A stretch of DNA of 64,000 bases from a phage, in NCBI GenBank assembly GCA_025823825.1, contig GCA_025823825.1_4720.1. The stretch is one strand, 5' to 3'. The notes under the pieces were generated by a model. It saw only the letters and a list, made by a program, of their open reading frames with translations. It was not told where the DNA came from and did no database searches. Position numbers and translations under genes: made by a program. Positions 8,622 to 18,115 of the stretch are shown one piece after another; position 1 is the first letter of the stretch, and the number at the start of each line of letters is the position of its first letter.

Positions 8622-11489
8622 ATGAGCAATAATGACGTTGCGAAGGCACTCATGAACAAATTTGTCGCTCCTGCTCCGCAGTCACGTCTTTATAATACAC
8701 GTGATGCGGAAGGAGCGAACGGTCGTTTCGGGTTAGTTGTTCCCGACCAAATGACGATGAACACGGTTACGCGTGCGACCGCGACAAACATCGAGGATAA
8801 TAAAAACATCCTCGAGTTGTTCCCTGAACTTAAACGCGTGATGCAGATCTATGTTGCCGCGTTGACGAACCCTAACGATCTTAAGACGGTCGAGATGTTT
8901 ATCGACAGCGAAGATTTCCCCGGCAGAGTCGCAGAAATCGTTCAGCCGATGATCGATACCATCGACACGCATTTTAAGAATATCTATAAAATAAAGACGC
9001 TTATCCCTCGTATCATCGAAGACGTCTTCTTTATCAAGGGCAGTTATAACTTCGTTGTTCTGCCGGAAAGCACGCTCGACCGCGCCATTAATGGTAACGG
9101 TCAACTGAAACTTGAAGAATACGGATTTAAAGACAACCATTTTGCAAGTTGGGGGCTTCTAGGTAACGACAGTCGCAAACGCCACGAAAATCAATTACCT
9201 GCGACGGTTTCGATGGAAGATTATTTCTCGGGTGTTAATGAAACCATACCGTACGATCCTGTTGTTCGCATAGACAGCATCAAGTTTACCAATACCCTGC
9301 TTCGCGATAAGGACGGTAAATTCATTGAAGCGAAGATCGATATTCCGGATATGGTTACGGTTGTCGATAACCCAGACATCCTCCGCATGCCTATTCTGCA
9401 TCAACGTCGAGCAGCGACAGCAGTGCAGCGTGCGTTACGCGCAAACACGTTAGGAGGTAGTGGTTTGGTAACGCTGTCAGGCGATCCGACCCTAACCGCT
9501 AACCGACGTGAGCTGTCGCAAGAACAGGTTAACGAGATCTGGAATAAGCTCAACATCCAGCGCCACACCAAGGTATCGCCCGTTTACGCGCTGGCAACCC
9601 CAGATACGCTTGATCGTCAAAGCGTTGGCCATCCTGGCGTGATGCATGTACCACCTGAGGCATTAGAACCCGTACATGCGCCCGGTGATCCTGAGAACCA
9701 TATCGGGTATTTGGTTCAGTTGGATGAGTTTGGTTATCCAGTACGTTTGGTTGAAGATGCGGCGTATTACAAGCAGTTGGAAGGTCGGTTGTCGAAGATC
9801 ACCGCAGATATCGCAGGTACGTCAAGCAACGGCATGGCGAGCGAGATGATTGGTGCAGCCAAGAACATGATCCAAGGTACGTCATGTAATCAGGTAGACA
9901 TGTCGGCCTTCGTATCATCGTACGAATCGCTGATGCAACGTTACATTGTCGAACGTATCGTTAACGGTTATCTTGGCAGTGCGGTGGAGATCGGTGCGAC
10001 ATCGTCGTTTTATCTGTCGATGCTTGCTCGTAGCCTCGCTCACAAGCAGACCCGTGTTTTGTTTATTCCTCGAGAGATGGTGACTTACATCGCCTATGAA
10101 TACAACAAATACGGTATCGGTCGTTCGCTGCTTGAAAGTACGAAGATGATCTCATCGCAACGAGCCATGCTCATGGTTCAAGAACTGATGGCAAAAATCA
10201 AAAGTTCGTTGAACTATACGACGCTAAGCGTAATGCTTGAAGACACCGACAGAAACCCGGTCGATACCGTCGAACAAGCGCTGCATAGTTTCGCTCGTGT
10301 CTACCAGTCTGGTTTCCCGTTGGGTGAAACTAACCCGATGGATATCATCAACGCGTACGAACGAAGCTCGATTCGATTGAAGGTTGAGGGGAATAACCCA
10401 CGCTTCCCGAAATTGAATACAGACGTCAGTGTTGAGCAGCGTAACTATCAGTCTCCTGATAATGAGCTGATGGATCGTTACCGTCGTGACCATTTCATGG
10501 GCTTGGGTGTGTCTCCGGAGATTATCGATACTTCCTACCAATCTGAATTCGCAGCTTCTGTGATTACAGCTAACGCGATGCAAGAGAAACAGTTCACGGT
10601 TTGTCGTGAGGTGATCACGAATGGGTTATCGGACCACATCAAGAAATATACGGCATACAGTCCCGTGTTGTTGACGTCGTTACGAAACACGGTTCGTGCG
10701 AACATGTCTAAGCTTTCCCAGGCACAATTGAAGCAGCTTTTTGGTAGCGATTTCGAAAACGGTGTTATCCGTAACGTTAACGCCTATCAGGAGATTGACG
10801 ACCAATCAGCAACAATGGATCTGGATTACACTAAACCAGAAGTCCAGGAAGTTATTGCCGATGCTTATGTGTCCATGTTCTTAAACAGCCTGCGTGTGCG
10901 TTTACCGGATAGCAATGCTCGTCGCCTTGAAGATCAGGTACGTGAATATAATCAGTACAAGGAAGCGATTACTGCGCAACTTGATGATTATTTAACGCCC
11001 GATTACGTCATGGGTCTGGGTGGGGTTGATGAAACAACGCTGCAGATGATCCGCGCATGCATTATTGGTACCGCGATGCGTACGTGGGCAAAAGAGAACA
11101 ACTTCAATCAGGAGCTGGCTGATCTCTTCAGTCTTGACGATAAGAAGAATGCCGTGCAAGATTGGAAACGTATGTCCATGGAACATATTGAAGTCATGGG
11201 TAAATGCATGGGTGATTTTGCATTGTATATTCAGAATCTGACGAAGAAGATTGAAGAGAAGATGGGAGCTCAAGCACAGGACGGTAGCGTTTCATCTGAT
11301 GGTTCGTGGTCATCCGATTCAAGTAGCGATACCGGTTCTTCTGATGACTTCGGTGGCGGTGACGATTTCGGAGATACCGATTTCGATACCGAAACGATGG
11401 AGGAAACCTCAACAGAAGAAACAACCACATCTGAGGATACGACGACCGACACAACGTCAGAAGACGATACTTCAGGTGACATTGTCTAA
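8580..11489 (+). CDS. large hypothetical virion-type protein (969 aa) with acidic Ser/Thr/Asp-rich C-terminal tail
   Basis: Long ORF, AAGGAG 9 nt upstream of ATG; C-terminus SSDGSWSSDSSSDTGSSDDFGGGDDFGDTDFDTE... Confidence 0.75.
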   Translation: MNDINKGRVALERQMSNNDVAKALMNKFVAPAPQSRLYNTRDAEGANGRFGLVVPDQMTMNTVTRATATNIEDNKNILELFPELKRVMQIYVAALTNPNDLKTVEMFIDSEDFPGRVAEIVQPMIDTIDTHFKNIYKIKTLIPRIIEDVFFIKGSYNFVVLPESTLDRAINGNGQLKLEEYGFKDNHFASWGLLGNDSRKRHENQLPATVSMEDYFSGVNETIPYDPVVRIDSIKFTNTLLRDKDGKFIEAKIDIPDMVTVVDNPDILRMPILHQRRAATAVQRALRANTLGGSGLVTLSGDPTLTANRRELSQEQVNEIWNKLNIQRHTKVSPVYALATPDTLDRQSVGHPGVMHVPPEALEPVHAPGDPENHIGYLVQLDEFGYPVRLVEDAAYYKQLEGRLSKITADIAGTSSNGMASEMIGAAKNMIQGTSCNQVDMSAFVSSYESLMQRYIVERIVNGYLGSAVEIGATSSFYLSMLARSLAHKQTRVLFIPREMVTYIAYEYNKYGIGRSLLESTKMISSQRAMLMVQELMAKIKSSLNYTTLSVMLEDTDRNPVDTVEQALHSFARVYQSGFPLGETNPMDIINAYERSSIRLKVEGNNPRFPKLNTDVSVEQRNYQSPDNELMDRYRRDHFMGLGVSPEIIDTSYQSEFAASVITANAMQEKQFTVCREVITNGLSDHIKKYTAYSPVLLTSLRNTVRANMSKLSQAQLKQLFGSDFENGVIRNVNAYQEIDDQSATMDLDYTKPEVQEVIADAYVSMFLNSLRVRLPDSNARRLEDQVREYNQYKEAITAQLDDYLTPDYVMGLGGVDETTLQMIRACIIGTAMRTWAKENNFNQELADLFSLDDKKNAVQDWKRMSMEHIEVMGKCMGDFALYIQNLTKKIEEKMGAQAQDGSVSSDGSWSSDSSSDTGSSDDFGGGDDFGDTDFDTETMEETSTEETTTSEDTTTDTTSEDDTSGDIV

Positions 11490-11513
11490 ACGGATGTAAA
11501 AAAAAAAATAACA

Positions 11514-11563
11514 CATAGTTAACCTTCTCCCCAACCCGATGAGGGAAGGGGAGAAGGGCTATG
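11514..11563. terminator. conserved palindromic hairpin element, copy 2 (convergent); A10/T10 run adjacent
   Basis: cata-gttaaCCTTCTCCCC-aaccc-gatga-gggaa-GGGGAGAAGG-gctatg. Confidence 0.6.
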
Positions 11564-11574
11564 CGCTATTTAAT

Positions 11575-11850
11575 TTATTTCGAGGTTAACCACGATTCAA
11601 TTATGGTGAGTTTGCTTCTCAGTACGCGCCAACTAGGGTGTGGTGGGATCACAGCGCCATTGTCGATTACGGTTAGCTGAACCTGGTACTTCTGTTGCAT
11701 ACGCGCTACCGTGTCGCTTATCGAGAGGAAAAGCTGGTAACGTTCATATGCCGTCAGTTCACTGTCCTGTTGAACTGCGTTGGCTGCTAACGTAATTTCG
11801 CGTAAGTCCTTTGCATCCACAGAGACGGTAATGAGTTTATATTGACTCAT
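11575..11850 (-). CDS. small hypothetical protein (91 aa)
   Basis: ORF between hairpin element and the next gene; no recognisable motifs. Confidence 0.5.
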   Translation of the reverse strand: MSQYKLITVSVDAKDLREITLAANAVQQDSELTAYERYQLFLSISDTVARMQQKYQVQLTVIDNGAVIPPHPSWRVLRSKLTIIESWLTSK

Positions 11851-11911
11851 ACGGTTTCCTTATCAACTAGGGTATTGCAAATACAATACCCACCGTCGGA
11901 CGATAAGTTAA

Positions 11912-14470
11912 TTACTGCTCTTCACGTTCCAGCAGATACTCGGAAGCGGTAATACCGTTTACCGTACGTACTGCTTTCAGACGAGTATCATCGCTCAGAA
12001 TTACAGTAACAGATTGCAGACCTTTTACTTTGGTTTCGAAGGTCTTGAACACCTGATCCAGCATACGAGCAATGCTTGGGTTGGTTGCAGCCGATGCGTG
12101 AGTGTAACCGCTCTGATTCAGCTTCAGAATCTTGGCGTTGGTCGGTACGCGAACAACAACATGTGGGCGCATCGCGAATACGCTGTGATTGAACCAGTAA
12201 GCGTCGTTACTATCTTCGTCGGTAACGATGTCTGGATTAACACGCATATCCTCGACAGCCGCATCCGCCAAACGACGTTCGATTTCATCGGCGTCCAGAG
12301 AGCCATCTTTCTCCAGTTCTGCACGATACTCACTCATGGCAACCAGATGACGTTCACGATTCGCTGCAGATTTTTCGTGAGCGGCTTTCAGGTAGTCATG
12401 CATGTTGTACAGTTCAGCCATGGAAAGACGAATGTTCCACTGACCTTCGCCATCACGATTGCAGTAGAGACACTTCAGCATGTTGACCCAGGTGTAGTAG
12501 CAATTGGCGAATTCATCTTCAATGAACTTCTGGTCCATTTTAAGATCGTGAATCAGCCAACCGGACAGTTCTCCGATATCATCAACGAAGCTAGAGATGG
12601 TGGTTTCAGAGAAGTTCTTCGGTACGATACGTTTGATCAGCTTATTGACGTCTTTGGTCATGCTATCGTTCAGGAAATGCCAGATACGCAGAGGAATGAC
12701 ATCTCGATACTGTTGCATGATCTGACGATAAGCTTTGATATCGTCGCTACGACCTTTATCAATAGACAACGCATCCAGGAATTCATGGATTGCATCCAGC
12801 TCTTTGTCGGTATAGGTTCCCAGATAGGAATTGACGGTGGCCAGGAATGCTAATGCGTCGTTTTGGTTGACGTCGGTGTTGGTCTGCTGAATGATCGCCA
12901 CTGCAGCTTTAGTTTCAGCATCCTCAACGCTTGACGCTGCGATCGCGTCGGTGACGGTAAACAGTTTCATTTCGCGCTGTTCACCGACAACGATTGGCTC
13001 ACGCTGAACCGGCTTGTTAAGACTAACGCGAACAACTTCTGCTTGCGCGATACGATCCAGTTTTGCCATTTCCTGCTCTGCCATACGACGAGCGGTTGGA
13101 TCTGATTCAAGTTCGATGTATTCCACTTCTTCCTCCGTGAGGGATGTAATGTCAACAATGGTTTCATGAAGAATTCCGTTTTCGTCGATACGTGCCCGAC
13201 GAGCGAAGTGCCTGAAGTCATACAACGTCGGCCAACGACAATTAGGCGCATAGTCTTTGGCTTTCAGACGCATCTGCATAAATTCATCATGTTGAACAAC
13301 ACGACCGTAACGCTTAGCATCTTCGGTCGCATCAATTGGATTAACGGTCTTTGTTGCCGTAGCGGAACGAGCCGTACGAACCGGTTCCGGTTTCACCTGT
13401 GCCGGTTCAGGTTGAACGGGTTTCTGCTGTCCAGCCTTAACATGCCATTCTGGCTCTTCGTACTGTTCAGCAAATTGCTCAGCCGCTGCAAAGATATCGT
13501 TGATACCACCAATATCTCCTTCAGGATTTGTCGAGTAAATCCGTGGTTGCGGTGCCTCGTAACGCGGCGCTGTAGCAGCAGGTGCCTCATCAACGTTATG
13601 ATCGTCATCACCAACATCATACAAACGGTTGAACGCACAATCCTTCGAATCAATGTACGATGGTGTTTGTGGTTGGACAACCGTAGGCCGAGGTTGTGCG
13701 CCGTATCCTGGTGTTGTTGGAGCCATACCACGCATAACTGCCGGGTTAGGTTGGTATTGTGGTTGCGGGTAGGTTCCACCATACGTGGCGTACGCAGGCT
13801 GTTGCGGTTGACCGTATCCACCACCAACCATCGCACTTGCTTGCGGCCCACGATAAGTCATCCCCATCTGCATCACCTGCTGCTTCAAACCGCGTGACTT
13901 CTGAGCGATTTGCGCTAGGCTTCCGCTTTTATTCAGCTGCGTGTACTTATTCGCGGCTTCCGGGTTAATGCGTGATAATTCGATCGCGCGATAATATTCC
14001 GGGTACTGATTAGGTTCAAAGAGCCACGTTACAAGATGATACAGCGCAACTGTGCTCACAGCAGCAGAGACGATCTGGTCGTCGGACGCGTTCTGTGGCA
14101 TCGGGTTGATGTAAGAGAACACGTTCCAACAACAGTCTTCAACAAGCGATTCCATCATCATATCGTTATTGGTATAACGTGCGACGAACTCGGTTTGTAT
14201 TTTGTCTTGCTGAGCGAAGTCTTTCAGGACATTAAAGATGGCTTGACGGATTTTGACGATCGTCGCTTCTTGGGTGATGAAGTTATAGTTCTGCTGATAT
14301 GAGGGTTGTTGGTATTGTGGTGGTTGATAGGCGTTATTCGGGTATGCGCCGTACGGCGATTGCTGATACTGTTGCTGACGAACCTGTTCAGCCGCATGAT
14401 TAATCGTGCTCGTATAAGGGTTTTCGCTATAGCCCATTTGCTGATACATGTTGTTACTGCCATTATACAT
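11912..14470 (-). CDS. hypothetical protein (852 aa) with Q/Y/P/G-rich low-complexity regions
   Basis: Long ORF; N-terminus ...QQQYQQSPYGAYPNNAYQPPQYQQPSYQQNY... and internal GGGYGQPQQPAYATYGGTYPQPQYQPNP... Confidence 0.75.
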   Translation of the reverse strand: MYNGSNNMYQQMGYSENPYTSTINHAAEQVRQQQYQQSPYGAYPNNAYQPPQYQQPSYQQNYNFITQEATIVKIRQAIFNVLKDFAQQDKIQTEFVARYTNNDMMMESLVEDCCWNVFSYINPMPQNASDDQIVSAAVSTVALYHLVTWLFEPNQYPEYYRAIELSRINPEAANKYTQLNKSGSLAQIAQKSRGLKQQVMQMGMTYRGPQASAMVGGGYGQPQQPAYATYGGTYPQPQYQPNPAVMRGMAPTTPGYGAQPRPTVVQPQTPSYIDSKDCAFNRLYDVGDDDHNVDEAPAATAPRYEAPQPRIYSTNPEGDIGGINDIFAAAEQFAEQYEEPEWHVKAGQQKPVQPEPAQVKPEPVRTARSATATKTVNPIDATEDAKRYGRVVQHDEFMQMRLKAKDYAPNCRWPTLYDFRHFARRARIDENGILHETIVDITSLTEEEVEYIELESDPTARRMAEQEMAKLDRIAQAEVVRVSLNKPVQREPIVVGEQREMKLFTVTDAIAASSVEDAETKAAVAIIQQTNTDVNQNDALAFLATVNSYLGTYTDKELDAIHEFLDALSIDKGRSDDIKAYRQIMQQYRDVIPLRIWHFLNDSMTKDVNKLIKRIVPKNFSETTISSFVDDIGELSGWLIHDLKMDQKFIEDEFANCYYTWVNMLKCLYCNRDGEGQWNIRLSMAELYNMHDYLKAAHEKSAANRERHLVAMSEYRAELEKDGSLDADEIERRLADAAVEDMRVNPDIVTDEDSNDAYWFNHSVFAMRPHVVVRVPTNAKILKLNQSGYTHASAATNPSIARMLDQVFKTFETKVKGLQSVTVILSDDTRLKAVRTVNGITASEYLLEREEQ

Positions 14471-14504
14471 TTCTTACGATCCTTTTTATTTATTCGGTTA
14501 TGTG

Positions 14505-16304
14505 TCAATCGATTATGTCACGATCGTTAATTTCTACAATTTCTTCATCGAATCGACCGACGTCTTTCTTCAATCCTGCATTGGTTGCTGCAACGTCATT
14601 TGCAATTTGTGGGGTAATGATTAACCGACCACGTTCGTCGATAGGTGCGTACATACTGAACTTCTGACGTCCGGTTGGTTCGGAGTGTGGAAGATTCAGA
14701 TAGCTTGCACAGAACGGGATGGAACCACTAACCAAACGACTCTCGTCAGCCAATGCAGCACCGCCTGCGTTTTGGCTCTGGAGAACAACATGCGTGCTCA
14801 CTTTGAACAGCATGCAATCACCAGGTGACTGAATCGATGTTGCCACTTTCTCACGTTTATCACGATTGCTCTGGATATTGAGAATCGCTTCCGTTGCAAC
14901 TTGATTTCGCAACGCCTTCTGTACATCGCGATTGGTCATCTCTTTACGGTTGTTCTGTCGTTTACCACGTTCTGTGGTTTTAAGATGGAACCCCAGTTTA
15001 AAGATGCTCTTACGCACATCCTCCATGACATATTCCAACACCATCAATTCCTTACCGAACATCGTCGTGGTATCAACACGACTCATTTCGATAGTGACAT
15101 TGTCAATCAGATACGCCATAAATTCGTAGAAGTCGTCGCAAGGAATATTTTCCTGTTTGAACTTCTTCTGCTGAATCTCGTCAACGTAAAGATCGAGACT
15201 GTCGATGTGGTGGTTTACATCACGCAACAAACGTGCATCCGCGTTGTTGTTATTAAAGATAATCAAACCGAGTAATGTACGCCAATGGTCTGGCGCATTC
15301 GCGAACTCCTCAACCGGATAGTCTTCCGGAAAACGATCGTAATAACGGTCGATGAGATACAAGAATGCACCGACAAGGCCAAGAACAATACGTTCCGTGC
15401 CTCCACGTCTTACAGCAATTTGAATATCAGGATGTTTGTAACGTACAGCGCTAGCGCTACGGCTTTTACCGCTTTTGCTGATACTAAAACCTTTAGGAAT
15501 AACCCCCATGGTGCGATAGATTACCCATTGGTCACGCGGAAAATCACGTTCAGCAAGGTTCCGTCCGGTTACGGCTTCGACACCTGCAAAACGTCGGAAA
15601 CACTCACCCACACCGTACTTCGCAAAGAGATAGTGACCCAGTGTGGTTACGCTGGTGTGGTTGATGTTGTCACCGTTCACTTTACTTTGTTTGGTAAGAT
15701 GATAGATTTGTGACCAGGGTAATGACAGGTAATGACGATAATCGATACCGGTCGGTGTATCATTGCTCAGGAACTGATACGGCGTACGTTTAACCGTGAT
15801 TTTATCACGCGGAAGCATGATGAACGCCATGTCTTTCGTGTAACTGATTACGGGGTCAGCGAGTACCGCACTGAGAATGAAGTTCGCACCACGTAGACGC
15901 ATTTTACCACCCTGACCTACCGCGGGTAATAGGAGAGGATGTCGGATAATGCAGTAGTCCTTTCCTGGTTCACGACGGTCACCTGATTCCATCGCGCCGT
16001 ACCAGCGGAATTCCAGCATCACCATAAACACATCGGAAGGCGCAAGGTCGAAGGTCAGCTTACCGCTATCCTTCCCTTTGGTTTTCTTTCCTCCGCTTAA
16101 GTAGTGGAACTGTTCGCGGGCCATACAACGACGCAGGCCATGATACACCAGATCCTTAGGTAAACTATCTTTGCTGTTCCGCCAAAGACGATCAACATAG
16201 GACTCAACATCTTGCATCTTATCGACGACGATGTTGCGTGCTATCTTCTCGTTCATCTTCGGTGCAAGCTCAGCGACAGCTTTGCAGAATCTAGGATCCA
16301 TCAC
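14505..16304 (-). CDS. hypothetical protein (599 aa)
   Basis: Long ORF; no diagnostic catalytic motif recognised. Confidence 0.7.
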   Translation of the reverse strand: MMDPRFCKAVAELAPKMNEKIARNIVVDKMQDVESYVDRLWRNSKDSLPKDLVYHGLRRCMAREQFHYLSGGKKTKGKDSGKLTFDLAPSDVFMVMLEFRWYGAMESGDRREPGKDYCIIRHPLLLPAVGQGGKMRLRGANFILSAVLADPVISYTKDMAFIMLPRDKITVKRTPYQFLSNDTPTGIDYRHYLSLPWSQIYHLTKQSKVNGDNINHTSVTTLGHYLFAKYGVGECFRRFAGVEAVTGRNLAERDFPRDQWVIYRTMGVIPKGFSISKSGKSRSASAVRYKHPDIQIAVRRGGTERIVLGLVGAFLYLIDRYYDRFPEDYPVEEFANAPDHWRTLLGLIIFNNNNADARLLRDVNHHIDSLDLYVDEIQQKKFKQENIPCDDFYEFMAYLIDNVTIEMSRVDTTTMFGKELMVLEYVMEDVRKSIFKLGFHLKTTERGKRQNNRKEMTNRDVQKALRNQVATEAILNIQSNRDKREKVATSIQSPGDCMLFKVSTHVVLQSQNAGGAALADESRLVSGSIPFCASYLNLPHSEPTGRQKFSMYAPIDERGRLIITPQIANDVAATNAGLKKDVGRFDEEIVEINDRDIID

Positions 16305-16340
16305 ACACTCCTTTCAGAAAGTTGCTTAAGCAGATTAAAG

Positions 16341-17783
16341 TTACTTTTTCGATGACGCCTTCTCAAGAATCTTGAAAAAGGTCATACCTATACCGACAAC
16401 AGCCGCGGTTATGCTTGCAGCGGCTTTCCAAACATCGACGTTACGTTGACGTCGCGCTTCTTCCGCTTCACGTTGTCTTTTTGCCTCTTCATCACGTCGA
16501 CGTATCTCAGCAGCAAACTCGTCGTGCTTACGTTTGGATTCTTCGTCTCGACGACGAAGTTCAGCGACGAATTCTTCATGTTTGCGTTTAGCCTCGTCAT
16601 CACGACGTTTTAAATCAGCTTGATAATCTTCATGTATTTGTCTACGTAGATCATCTTGACGTTTCATTTCGGCTTGGTGTTGTTCCATCCTACGTTTTTG
16701 TTCGTCTTTAAGCTGATCGAGTTCGGCTTTATGTTGTTCATCACGCAGCTTTGCATCAGCGCGATGCGCCTCATGCATCTGTGCGATAACTGCCTTGTGT
16801 TCATCCGCCATACGTCGCATTTCAGCCATCACCCCTTTAAGGGTTTCTTCTGATGCCTTACGTTCGTAGCTACGCTGGTCGAAATCATTTTTGTAGGCTT
16901 CTTTTTGGATGGGGTCGCGCCAATGCAATGCCGACTCACGTGTCGGAAAAACATTGTACTTCCACATCTCTTTTTCCAAATCTTCGACCGGTACGAAGAT
17001 GGAGTCATTATTCCCGAAGGTAACCAACATACCTGGCGCGCCTGCTCCATTCGTTGGTTTTATTTCGAACGCTTTCCCCAACACGTTAACCCATAAGCTA
17101 TACGGATTATGAAAGTCGGGCGGCGTCCAATGGATAGTGAGTTGTGTTCCGAGAATCCGGAAACCCTCTGTTTTTCCCGTCAAGCTCCGCGCGCACGTTG
17201 CGATGTAGGGGTGATCAATCCCTTTCGTAACGTGGTCTGCGCTTTTGTATTCTCCTTTAACTTTTACGATTGCCACGTTGATTTGCGCGACATAAGCAGG
17301 TTGATTAAAGTTCAACGTGTTGAGGTCAATTTGACATATTTCATCCAGCGTATCGTACCAGTCTTGCTGGTCTAATAGACGCGGCATTTTCTCTGTGTTA
17401 ACAATACGACGGATATGCGGTTTCCTTATCGCATAACCTGTGCCGTTTTTAACACGGAGTATATCCCGACGTCTACCCGCGTAGACGAAGTTTCTGAATG
17501 CACCATTCGCATTAGATACGTCATGGCTGTCAACTATTACAGGACTACGAAATTTTGAACGTCGTACGATCCTGAATGTATTGCCGTCCTCAACCCTACC
17601 AGGAATGTACTGGAACATATTGTCGGAGGTGATAACCAACACGGTATGGCCAGATTCGTTAATACATGCCCATCCTAATTCCAGGTCATATAACGGTTCA
17701 GCATAACCGTCAATGCGATAAGCGTGCGTACCATCCCACGGTTCGAACGCGGTATCACATATTGGCATGGAGGGCATCGTCAA
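16341..17783 (-). CDS. hypothetical protein with E/R/K-rich charged helical repeats and C-terminal hydrophobic anchor
   Basis: ORF; probable ATG start at 17777 with GGAGG upstream; repeats RRRDEE(A/S)KRKH(E/D)EF(V/A)AE(L/I); C-terminal AAASITAAVVGIGMTFF. Confidence 0.7.
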   Translation of the reverse strand: MTMPSMPICDTAFEPWDGTHAYRIDGYAEPLYDLELGWACINESGHTVLVITSDNMFQYIPGRVEDGNTFRIVRRSKFRSPVIVDSHDVSNANGAFRNFVYAGRRRDILRVKNGTGYAIRKPHIRRIVNTEKMPRLLDQQDWYDTLDEICQIDLNTLNFNQPAYVAQINVAIVKVKGEYKSADHVTKGIDHPYIATCARSLTGKTEGFRILGTQLTIHWTPPDFHNPYSLWVNVLGKAFEIKPTNGAGAPGMLVTFGNNDSIFVPVEDLEKEMWKYNVFPTRESALHWRDPIQKEAYKNDFDQRSYERKASEETLKGVMAEMRRMADEHKAVIAQMHEAHRADAKLRDEQHKAELDQLKDEQKRRMEQHQAEMKRQDDLRRQIHEDYQADLKRRDDEAKRKHEEFVAELRRRDEESKRKHDEFAAEIRRRDEEAKRQREAEEARRQRNVDVWKAAASITAAVVGIGMTFFKILEKASSKK

Positions 17784-17978
17784 CCTCCATCAGATTGAAA
17801 ACTATCACGCATAATACATTTCCCTTTTTCTTGTTCTTATCAAGCCGACAGCCGACGGTTTCAGCATCGTTCCTAGCGCGAGAACGACCTTACGTGTTGT
17901 CTATGCCTTATTCATCGCAGGCGTCTGTCACCTAGGTAATGTAAGCGTCAAATTTTTTCTATTCGCAACGATAAACGG

Positions 17979-18026
17979 CATAGAAACCTCCCCCAACCCT
18001 TACGGGCTGAGGGAGGCTGACTTATG
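17979..18026. terminator. hairpin element, copy 3 (3' of the capsid-candidate gene)
   Basis: cata-gaaaCCTCCCcc-aaccc-ttac-ggg-ctga-GGGAGG-ctgacttatg; irregular inner loop. Confidence 0.5.
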
Positions 18027-18115
18027 TATCACGGTGCCGGATGAATGTCCGGTGCAATGAAACCATCCGCAACGTTGTCGTCAAGAATATCATCCAACGA
18101 AGCAGCTACGGTAGT

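Noticed and set aside
11501-11510. A10 homopolymer as a possible slippage or phase-variation site
   Set aside because: It lies outside coding sequence, between the stop of 8580-11489 and a hairpin element, and is better read as the U-tract side of the terminator for the minus-strand gene 11575-11850.
17784-18115. 330-nt non-coding gap checked by eye for a tRNA or small RNA gene
   Set aside because: No cloverleaf-compatible arrangement found; the gap is explained by the hairpin element plus the leader of 16341-17783. A proper tRNA scan was not run, so this is not a firm negative.
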